Shown piece by piece: positions 18,295 through 23,584 of a DNA stretch of 64,000 bases. How positions within the stretch are numbered: the first letter of the stretch is position 1; every line of letters starts with the position of its first letter. Origin of the DNA: a phage; NCBI GenBank assembly GCA_011884725.1, contig GCA_011884725.1_3919.1, one strand, 5' to 3'. The position numbers were made by a program, and so were the translations under genes. Below the pieces are notes generated by a model that worked only from the letters and a program-made list of their open reading frames with translations, was not told the origin of the DNA and made no database searches.

Positions 18295-18365
18295 TTACAG
18301 AAGACCGTTTACAGCAAAATTGAATGAAATTTTTAGCGGAAAAATTGAAAGATACGGTCTGGTAA
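18295..18365 (+). ncRNA. inter-tRNA structured element E2
   Basis: Helix AGACCGT (18302-18308) / ACGGTCT (18354-18360); compensatory to E1; TTACAGCAAAA box. Confidence 0.5.
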
Positions 18366-18375
18366 TACTAAACAT

Positions 18376-18449
18376 GGTTAGGAAGCACATAAGGTATGTG
18401 CGGTCGCCTGTTAAGCGAATGGCACAGGGTTCGAATCCCTGACTAACCG
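18376..18449 (+). tRNA. tRNA-Asn (anticodon GTT)
   Basis: Acceptor GGTTAGG, D-stem GCAC/GTGC, anticodon loop CTGTTAA, T-arm CAGGGTTCGAATCCCTG; no encoded CCA. Confidence 0.65.
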
Positions 18450-18461
18450 CAAAATTGAAAT

Positions 18462-18549
18462 GTGTCGTTATCCCGTAGATGGTAGCGGTGGGGACTGTAA
18501 ATCCCTTGTCATTGAGACTCGGTAGGTTCGACTCCTACACGGCACACCA
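18462..18549 (+). tRNA. tRNA-Tyr (anticodon GTA), long variable arm
   Basis: Acceptor GTGTCGT/ACGGCAC, anticodon loop CTGTAAA, long variable arm, T-arm GTAGGTTCGACTCCTAC, CCA. Confidence 0.7.
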
Positions 18550-18554
18550 ATAAA

Positions 18555-18631
18555 GGCTATGTAGTTTAACTGGAGAAAATACTCCCCTGTCACGGGAGAT
18601 GATGTGAGTTCAAGTCTCATCGTAGCCGCCA
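18555..18631 (+). tRNA. tRNA-Asp (anticodon GTC)
   Basis: Acceptor GGCTATG/CGTAGCC, anticodon stem CTCCC/GGGAG, loop CTGTCAC, T-loop TTCAAGT, CCA. Confidence 0.75.
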
Positions 18632-18685
18632 AATTATAATAAGTATTTCAAAATGATGTTTTGAGAGGGCTATTTAGCCCCTCCC

Positions 18686-18716
18686 TTAAAGAGTTCTTAC
18701 GAGTATTCTTTAAAGG
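18686..18716 (+). ncRNA. hairpin with conserved TTCTTACGAG loop, copy 1
   Basis: TTAAAGAGTTCTTACGAGTATTCTTTAAAGG; second copy at 22027-22056 has a different but still complementary stem. Confidence 0.45.
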
Positions 18717-18795
18717 AGCAGAAGACCAAATACAGCAAGAATGTATGATATTTTCAAGCCAATCCAATTTTGAAAAAATTTAAAACTTGGTCTGG
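18717..18795 (+). ncRNA. inter-tRNA structured element E3
   Basis: CAGAAGACC box, helix AGACCAA (18723-18729) / TTGGTCT (18787-18793), ATACAGCAAG box. Confidence 0.5.
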
Positions 18796-18804
18796 CTCAA
18801 CAAA

Positions 18805-18939
18805 TTTACAGAAGACCGTTTACAGCAAAACTTAAACAATCTATTTCTCGGTAAAGAAAAGGCGAAGGTTCGATTCCTTCACTCGGCAGATGTCGAGTTG
18901 GTGTAATGGTAGCACTTAAGATGATAAACAACGGTCTGG
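18805..18939 (+). ncRNA. element E4 enclosing a tRNA-like module
   Basis: Helix AGACCGTT (18813-18820) / AACGGTCT (18930-18937); inside: T-arm GAAGGTTCGATTCCTTC, hairpin ACTCGGC-AGAT-GTCGAGT, D-arm-like GTGTAATGGTAGCAC. The order is 3'-half before 5'-half. Confidence 0.45.
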
Positions 18940-18940
18940 T

Positions 18941-19084
18941 AATTATCTTTGTAGATAAGTTATTAAGCTTACCTGTGAGTATGCGACCACAAAGGGTGAA
19001 AGGGTAAATTCTAGATTTAAACCCAAAAAGGCACATCGCTACAGACCTTAAGCAAGTCTGGGTAGCTTATCTACAAAGATAATT
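18941..19084 (+). ncRNA. structured RNA closed by a 19-bp perfect helix
   Basis: AATTATCTTTGTAGATAAG (18941-18959) is the exact reverse complement of CTTATCTACAAAGATAATT (19066-19084); inner hairpins include CAGAC/GTCTG. Confidence 0.5.
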
Positions 19085-19088
19085 TAAT

Positions 19089-19164
19089 GGAAGTGTAGCA
19101 GAATGGTGATGCGGCAGACTTTTAATCTGACAGGCGATGGGTTCGAATCCCTCCACTTCTACCA
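19089..19164 (+). tRNA. tRNA-Lys (anticodon TTT)
   Basis: Acceptor GGAAGTG/CACTTCT (G1.U72), anticodon loop CTTTTAA, T-loop TTCGAAT (weak T-stem), CCA. Confidence 0.65.
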
Positions 19165-19168
19165 ATAT

Positions 19169-19245
19169 GGTTCAGTCGCAGATAAGGTAATGCAAGGGTC
19201 TCATAAGCCCTATGAATGTGGGTTCGATTCCCATCTGAACCTCCA
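19169..19245 (+). tRNA. tRNA with CAT anticodon (elongator Met or Ile2-type)
   Basis: Acceptor GGTTCAG/CTGAACC fully paired, anticodon stem AGGGT/GCCCT, loop CTCATAA, T-loop TTCGATT, CCA. Confidence 0.65.
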
Positions 19246-19246
19246 A

Positions 19247-19322
19247 GCTGGTATAGTTAAGAAGGTTATAACACTCCCCTGATAAGGGAACATCGGTGGT
19301 TCGATTCCACCTACCAGTACCA
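19247..19322 (+). tRNA. tRNA-Ile (anticodon GAT)
   Basis: Acceptor GCTGGTA/TACCAGT, anticodon loop CTGATAA, T-arm GGTGGTTCGATTCCACC, CCA. Confidence 0.7.
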
Positions 19323-19337
19323 ATTTCAATAAAGTTG

Positions 19338-19366
19338 TTGACATTGAGATGTGACTACTTTATAGT
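19338..19366 (+). promoter_or_regulatory. internal promoter within tRNA array
   Basis: TTGACA (19338-19343), 17-nt spacer, TATAGT (19361-19366). Confidence 0.6.
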
Positions 19367-19568
19367 AACCTTAGTTTTCGTTGCGTAGCGTCTATTTTGC
19401 AAATTTAAAATAAATGCAAACGACAATGTTTTTCTGGCAGTAGCTTGATAGGCTAAACACCAGTGAGGTCTTCCAATCCCTCATCAAAGAATTTGGCGTA
19501 CTCGCCCACGGTATGATTAATAAGGTGGGCATCTTTAAGGGCTTTCTAAGAGAGTCTTTAAAGATAAT

Positions 19569-19645
19569 GCACCCTTAGTTCAATTGGATAGAGCAACGGT
19601 CTTCTAAATCGTTAGTTACAGGTTCGAATCCTGTAGGGTGTACCA
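19569..19645 (+). tRNA. tRNA-Arg (anticodon TCT)
   Basis: Acceptor GCACCCT/AGGGTGT, D-arm TAGTTCAATTGGATAGAGC, anticodon loop CTTCTAA, T-loop TTCGAAT, CCA. Confidence 0.75.
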
Positions 19646-19787
19646 AATAGTTAGCAGATTACTTAGACGGCCTTAGCGGGTCTTCCTGTAGGGAGGTGGT
19701 CTGTATCTCATGTTTTCCAGAACATGTAAATAATCTGAGAAGAAGCTTGACAGTGTTGAGATAACAGGGTAAGCTTCGAATTATAAT

Positions 19788-19870
19788 ATGGGACGATGTT
19801 AAGACTCTAAGGCATGAGCAACGGCCTCCAAAACCGTTTCAAAGGGGTTCAACTCCTCCGTCCCATGCCA
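19788..19870 (+). tRNA. atypical tRNA (anticodon probably CCA, Trp?)
   Basis: Acceptor ATGGGAC/GTCCCAT, T-loop TTCAACT, CCA; anticodon stem AACGG/CCGTT encloses 9 nt (CCTCCAAAA); D region is 4-8 nt longer than usual. Confidence 0.45.
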
Positions 19871-19883
19871 AAGTCTTATTAGG

Positions 19884-19971
19884 GGTAGGTAGCGGCTAAT
19901 GGTAGCCAAACTGTCTTGAAAACAGTTGCCACTGTAGAGATACGGTGAGGGTTCGACTCCTTTACTTACCG
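19884..19971 (+). tRNA. tRNA-Ser (anticodon TGA), long variable arm
   Basis: Acceptor GGTAGGT/ACTTACC, anticodon stem ACTGT/ACAGT, loop CTTGAAA, long variable arm, T-loop TTCGACT. Confidence 0.65.
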
Positions 19972-20126
19972 CCTAATAAGATTTACTCCGTCCATGCTTG
20001 TTCGCATTGTCGGTTTATCCCTCGTGTATTGTCGTACACTGTCAAAGCACCTAGTAGGTGTCACGGAGAAGAGATAATATCAAGCTCTCCAAAGGTTCTA
20101 GTCACCGGATTAAACAAGACTATGCA

Positions 20127-20151
20127 AAGACCTATTTAGGTCTTTTTAGAG
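20127..20151 (+). terminator. intrinsic terminator inside tRNA array
   Basis: AAAGACC-TATTTA-GGTCTTT followed by TTTAG. Confidence 0.5.
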
Positions 20152-20227
20152 GGCTTCTAAGGTTATTAGTCGCTTGTTGTGGAACCTTGTTGCTTAGGTT
20201 CTTAGAAGTTCTCTAAAAAGATTTAAT

Positions 20228-20305
20228 GGGAGATTGACGGTAATTGGTAAACCTACCATCCTTAGAAGTTGGTGTTTGAGGGTTCGAATCCCTTGTCTCC
20301 TACCA
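20228..20305 (+). tRNA. tRNA, class I shape, anticodon TAG (Leu?)
   Basis: Acceptor GGGAGAT/GTCTCCT, anticodon loop CTTAGAA, 5-nt variable loop, T-loop TTCGAAT, A73, CCA. Confidence 0.5.
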
Positions 20306-20312
20306 AATTAAT

Positions 20313-20388
20313 GCAGGTGTAGCAAAATGGTTATGCGGCTGACTCTTAATCAGTAAGACGATGGGTTCAATTCCCTCCACCTGTACCA
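20313..20388 (+). tRNA. tRNA-Lys (anticodon CTT)
   Basis: Acceptor GCAGGTG/CACCTGT, anticodon stem GCTGA/TCAGT, loop CTCTTAA, T-loop TTCAATT, CCA. Confidence 0.6.
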
Positions 20389-20394
20389 AACATT

Positions 20395-20470
20395 GGGGAT
20401 GTAGTTTACATGGTTAAAACATAAGTTTTGCAAACTTAAGTACAGGGTTCAATTCCCTGCTTCTCCACCA
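20395..20470 (+). tRNA. tRNA-Cys (anticodon GCA)
   Basis: Anticodon stem AAGTT/AACTT, loop TTGCAAA, T-arm CAGGGTTCAATTCCCTG, CCA. Confidence 0.65.
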
Positions 20471-20476
20471 ATTAGT

Positions 20477-20551
20477 GCATCCATAGTTTAAACGGGAAAA
20501 TTACAGTCTTCCAAACTGAGGTTGAGGGTTCGATTCCCTCTGGATGCTCCA
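20477..20551 (+). tRNA. tRNA-Gly (anticodon TCC)
   Basis: Acceptor GCATCCA/TGGATGC, anticodon loop CTTCCAA, T-loop TTCGATT, CCA. Confidence 0.65.
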
Positions 20552-20557
20552 AACAAT

Positions 20558-20634
20558 GCTGCTTTCGTATAATTGGCTATTACACATCCCTTGTAAGGAT
20601 GGAAATGCAGGTTCGAGTCCTGTGAGCAGCACCA
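20558..20634 (+). tRNA. tRNA-Thr (anticodon TGT)
   Basis: Acceptor GCTGCTT/GAGCAGC, anticodon stem CATCC/GGATG, loop CTTGTAA, T-loop TTCGAGT, CCA. Confidence 0.7.
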
Positions 20635-20635
20635 A

Positions 20636-20730
20636 TTCAGAGGTCAAGTGAAAGACCGCTTTGAGTCAACTGAAGACCGTAACAAATACCACGGAGTTGA
20701 GTTAGCGGCACAACTTCAGACCTCTTTCAT
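20636..20730 (+). ncRNA. structured spacer element between tRNA-Thr and tRNA-Val
   Basis: Closing helix CAGAGGTC (20638-20645) / GACCTCTT (20722-20729); contains a GAAGACCGT box as in E2/E4; no T-loop. Confidence 0.4.
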
Positions 20731-20805
20731 ACTCGCTTAGTTTATATGGTAAAACATCACCCTTACAAGATGAAGAAAAAGGTTCAAGTCCTTTAGTGAG
20801 TACCA
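20731..20805 (+). tRNA. tRNA-Val (anticodon TAC)
   Basis: Acceptor ACTCGCT/AGTGAGT, anticodon loop CTTACAA, T-arm AAAGGTTCAAGTCCTTT, CCA. Confidence 0.6.
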
Positions 20806-20806
20806 T

Positions 20807-20884
20807 GTTCCAGTATCCCAATTGGCAGAGGATGCAAGCTCAAACCTTGTATTAGTGACGGTTCGAATCCGTCTTGGAACACCA
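20807..20884 (+). tRNA. tRNA, class I shape, anticodon CAA (Leu?)
   Basis: Acceptor GTTCCAG/TTGGAAC, anticodon stem GCAAG/CTTGT, loop CTCAAAC, T-arm GACGGTTCGAATCCGTC, A73, CCA. Confidence 0.5.
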
Positions 20885-20889
20885 ATTTT

Positions 20890-20965
20890 GCAGGATTAGT
20901 TCAAATGGAAAGAGCAACAGTCTACGAAGCTGTTAATAGGGGTTCGAATCCCTTATCCTGCGCCA
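20890..20965 (+). tRNA. tRNA-Arg (anticodon ACG)
   Basis: Acceptor GCAGGAT/ATCCTGC, D-stem GTTC/GAGC, anticodon stem ACAGT/GCTGT, loop CTACGAA, T-loop TTCGAAT, CCA. Confidence 0.75.
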
Positions 20966-20982
20966 GATAAAAAGGTGATACT

Positions 20983-21225
20983 ATGCAAACATTAACAGTA
21001 GTTGAACATGAAAACTGTGAGAGTATTGAGTTTGTCAGGGTCATTGGTGTTGAACACCACATTTTCTTAAAAGTGGGATACTTATGTGACCCCGCTAGAG
21101 TAGAAAGATTTATACGTGATTGTTTTGGTGGTAGACATCTGAAGAGTGTTATTTTTGAGACAGTTTTACCAGAAGGTTTAGAAACGAATAATAACATTTA
21201 CCTCCTTACGAGGATTAGACAATGA
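20983..21225 (+). CDS. hypothetical protein embedded in tRNA array
   Basis: 80-aa ORF; RBS AAAGGTGA 7 nt upstream of ATG. Confidence 0.5.
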   Translation: MQTLTVVEHENCESIEFVRVIGVEHHIFLKVGYLCDPARVERFIRDCFGGRHLKSVIFETVLPEGLETNNNIYLLTRIRQ

Positions 21226-21779
21226 GATACTTAAAGTATGCTTCATGGATTTTCTTAGCTTTGTTAGAGCCATTTGCAGCAATCTTAGCAGTTATCTTAG
21301 CACCTTTTGTAGTTCCATTCTACAGTGAGAAGAAAGGACACTTACCTTTCGGGTTCAGATGGATGGAGACATATGACAACCCAATTGATGGTGATGAAGG
21401 TCACGTTAAAAGATGGGCTAATATTAGATGGATTGGTAAACTAGGTGTCTACATGCAAAGAGTCGGATGGCTCTGGAGAAACAAAGCTTATAACTTCTCT
21501 TACCATGTATTAGGAAGAGATGTAAGAGATGTTACTAAGTGGAAAGGTAATATCAACGTAAGTTCTAACCCTGAAGATAATCAGACTGGTTATCTCCTAA
21601 TGTGGAACAGTAATGCTTGGGGATTATTCGCTTTTATCCCATCAATTAAAGTCTTCGGTAAACAGTTTTACTGGAGAATTTATGTTGGATGGAAACTTAA
21701 AAGTGTTGTCCCAGAAGAAAGAGCATTCTCAAGGGAAAGAGTTATGTTGGCATTCTTTATTCATCCACTGAGAAAGTAA
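21222..21779 (+). CDS. hypothetical membrane protein embedded in tRNA array
   Basis: 185 aa; N-terminal TM segment (WIFLALLEPFAAILAVILAPFVVPF); start overlaps previous stop; RBS GAGGA. Confidence 0.6.
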   Translation: MRYLKYASWIFLALLEPFAAILAVILAPFVVPFYSEKKGHLPFGFRWMETYDNPIDGDEGHVKRWANIRWIGKLGVYMQRVGWLWRNKAYNFSYHVLGRDVRDVTKWKGNINVSSNPEDNQTGYLLMWNSNAWGLFAFIPSIKVFGKQFYWRIYVGWKLKSVVPEERAFSRERVMLAFFIHPLRK

Positions 21780-21787
21780 AGATTTAA

Positions 21788-21863
21788 AGGGGATTAGTTT
21801 ACAAGGTTAAAACCTCGGTCTTTGAAATCGAAGAAGTTGGTTCAATTCCAACATCCCCCGCCA
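21788..21863 (+). tRNA. tRNA-Gln (anticodon TTG)
   Basis: Anticodon stem TCGGT/ATCGA, loop CTTTGAA, T-arm GTTGGTTCAATTCCAAC, 3' ATCCCCC-G-CCA; position 1 (A) unpaired with C72. Confidence 0.6.
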
Positions 21864-21865
21864 AT

Positions 21866-21944
21866 GCTCCATTACTCCAATTGGCAGAGAGGCCAGACTT
21901 AAAATCTGTGTTATGTATCGGTTCGAATCCGATATGGAGTACCA
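21866..21944 (+). tRNA. tRNA, class I shape, anticodon TAA (Leu?)
   Basis: Acceptor GCTCCAT/ATGGAGT, anticodon loop CTTAAAA, T-arm ATCGGTTCGAATCCGAT, A73, CCA. Confidence 0.5.
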
Positions 21945-21949
21945 AATTT

Positions 21950-22025
21950 AGCGGTATAGCATAACTGGCAATGCAGCAGTCTCTGAAGCTGTCCTATTAA
22001 GGTTCAAATCCTTATGCCGCTGCCA
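21950..22025 (+). tRNA. tRNA-Gln (anticodon CTG)
   Basis: Acceptor AGCGGTA/TGCCGCT, D-stem GCAT/ATGC, anticodon stem GCAGT/GCTGT, loop CTCTGAA, T-loop TTCAAAT, CCA. Confidence 0.6.
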
Positions 22026-22026
22026 C

Positions 22027-22056
22027 TTCTAAGGATTCTTACGAGAGTCCTTAAAT
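22027..22056 (+). ncRNA. hairpin with conserved TTCTTACGAG loop, copy 2
   Basis: TTCTAAGGATTCTTACGAGAGTCCTTAAATG; stem TAAGGATTC/GAGTCCTTA. Confidence 0.45.
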
Positions 22057-22132
22057 GTGGCCTTATCATAAATGGTAATGACCCATGCTGTGAACATGGT
22101 CTATACGGGTTCAAATCCCGTAGGTCACCCCA
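22057..22132 (+). tRNA. tRNA-His (anticodon GTG)
   Basis: Acceptor GTGGCCT/AGGTCAC, anticodon stem CCATG/CATGG, loop CTGTGAA, T-arm ACGGGTTCAAATCCCGT, CCA. Confidence 0.7.
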
Positions 22133-22138
22133 ATTTAT

Positions 22139-22214
22139 AGTCCAAGTAGCTTATATGGTTAAAGCGCGTGTCTGAAAAACATGAGAAGAGGGTTCAAATC
22201 CCACTGGACTACCA
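22139..22214 (+). tRNA. tRNA-Phe (anticodon GAA)
   Basis: Acceptor AGTCCAA/CTGGACT, anticodon stem CGTGT/ACATG, loop CTGAAAA, T-loop TTCAAAT (short T-stem), CCA. Confidence 0.6.
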
Positions 22215-22230
22215 ATTTCAAAGGTGCTTA

Positions 22231-22965
22231 ATGAAAGAGATGACAGAACAAGGTAAGGAGATTTTCAATCTCTTAAAAACCGGTAAAGGGTTTTCTAACC
22301 CCCTTATTACTGGTGCAGCAGTTCTCGGTGGAACCGTAGCTGCCTCTACATCACTTGTAAGCTCTATTAGCTCTGTATCAGACCCTACAGTAAAGGATAA
22401 GCTTGTTGCTGCTGGACTTACAACAGTTCTGCTTAACAGCTTTACCACGAGTCTGACAAGCACTACATCAACTACCAAAACACTAACAGATTACGGTCAA
22501 AAGTCCATTGATGAGTTTTCATCACGTATGCAGGTAGCAAAAGGTTACTCTAATGTTATGGGTGCAGCAGGTGAACAAGTTGGCTGTACACCATTTAGTG
22601 GTATTATGGGTGTTGCTACAGAGTATGGTCAAAAAACTATTGATACGATTAACAGTGTACTAGATAGTGTTAATGGTGTGTTAAGTGACTTACAAGATGC
22701 TATTGACAAAGGTCTTGATACTATTTCTGATTTAGCTGAGCAAGCTGTTAGTAAGATTAATGAAGGTATTTCAAAAATTACAGCTTATGCAGATGAAGTT
22801 GTGCAGATGATTGAAGAAGAAGCTGCTCTTATTGCAGAGTACCTTAAAACGAATATCAATGGGTTCTTAGCAGGTATCTTACCAGACTGGTTTGATGATG
22901 CTTGTAAAACTGGTGTAATTGACACTATTGCAACACCAGAAATGAAGAACGCATTACAGAAATAA
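22231..22965 (+). CDS. hypothetical protein (Ser/Thr-rich N-half, helical C-half)
   Basis: Listed ORF starts at 22168 inside tRNA-Phe; in-frame ATG at 22231 with RBS AAAGG chosen. Confidence 0.55.
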   Translation: MKEMTEQGKEIFNLLKTGKGFSNPLITGAAVLGGTVAASTSLVSSISSVSDPTVKDKLVAAGLTTVLLNSFTTSLTSTTSTTKTLTDYGQKSIDEFSSRMQVAKGYSNVMGAAGEQVGCTPFSGIMGVATEYGQKTIDTINSVLDSVNGVLSDLQDAIDKGLDTISDLAEQAVSKINEGISKITAYADEVVQMIEEEAALIAEYLKTNINGFLAGILPDWFDDACKTGVIDTIATPEMKNALQK

Positions 22966-22967
22966 AT

Positions 22968-23060
22968 GGAAGATTAACCCTAAAAGGTAAGGGAGCAGTT
23001 TGCTAAACTGCCAGTAGCTGAGAAATCGGTGTACCAGTTCAAGTCTGGTATCTTCCTCCA
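22968..23060 (+). tRNA. tRNA-Ser (anticodon GCT), long variable arm
   Basis: Acceptor GGAAGAT/ATCTTCC, D-stem CCC/GGG, anticodon stem GCAGT/ACTGC, loop TTGCTAA, long variable arm, T-arm ACCAGTTCAAGTCTGGT, CCA. Confidence 0.7.
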
Positions 23061-23064
23061 ATTT

Positions 23065-23140
23065 GAATCCGTGACAGAAACGGCTATGTGCCTGTCTGCA
23101 AAACAGGTTTATAAGGGTTCGAGTCCCTTCGGATTCTCCA
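23065..23140 (+). tRNA. tRNA with GCA anticodon (second Cys-like)
   Basis: Acceptor GAATCCG/CGGATTC, anticodon stem CCTGT/ACAGG, loop CTGCAAA, T-arm AAGGGTTCGAGTCCCTT, CCA; atypical D-arm. Confidence 0.5.
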
Positions 23141-23177
23141 AGTTATTTTACTCTCTCTCAATTAAAATAATAATAAT

Positions 23178-23237
23178 GCCCTGCTATAAGTATTCTTCCT
23201 TTCGCTACCGAAGAGTATTTTTAGACAGGGCTTTTTT
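23178..23237 (+). terminator. terminator after tRNA array
   Basis: GCCCTG .. CAGGGC followed by TTTTTT. Confidence 0.5.
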
Positions 23238-23303
23238 ACAGAGTTATACTTTATAGGAAGACTTATACAGTATGTCTCTGACGTACATTGTGGTTTCTCC
23301 TTG

Positions 23304-23331
23304 ACGGTCTCTGTGCCGTCTTTTTTAAGGG
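23304..23331 (+). terminator. intrinsic terminator
   Basis: GACGG-TCTCTGTG-CCGTC followed by TTTTTT. Confidence 0.55.
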
Positions 23332-23362
23332 GAAACATGATTAACTATTTGGAGAAAACATA

Positions 23363-23563
23363 ATGAGCGAGACCGTTTATAAAGAACTTTATGAAGCTAA
23401 TAAAAAGCTAGAATTTATGCAGAATACTATCATGGCAATTGCAGACAGATTGTCTGTAGCAACAGGTATTGATATTAAAGAAGCATCTATGGATGCACTT
23501 CTTGATGCTGTTGATGCAAAGTTCGAAGTTAAGAAAGAAGAGACTGCTACAGACTCTGAATAA
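23363..23563 (+). CDS. hypothetical small protein upstream of terminase
   Basis: 66-aa acidic ORF with RBS GGAGAAAACATAATG. Confidence 0.5.
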   Translation: MSETVYKELYEANKKLEFMQNTIMAIADRLSVATGIDIKEASMDALLDAVDAKFEVKKEETATDSE

Positions 23564-23584
23564 TTCTATTTGCGGAGGTGCTTA

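Noticed and set aside
18041-19036. Minus-strand ORFs 18041-18292 and 18806-19036 in the tRNA region
   Set aside because: They overlap well-folded tRNAs and structured RNA elements on the plus strand and lack RBS.
19945-21197. ORFs 19945-20139 (+) and 20922-21197 (-)
   Set aside because: The first spans the 3' end of tRNA-Ser and a structured spacer; the second is antisense to tRNA-Arg and the 80-aa gene. Neither has an RBS.
22168-22230. Upstream start (22168) of the 265-aa ORF
   Set aside because: That start lies inside tRNA-Phe; an in-frame ATG at 22231 with an RBS is more plausible.
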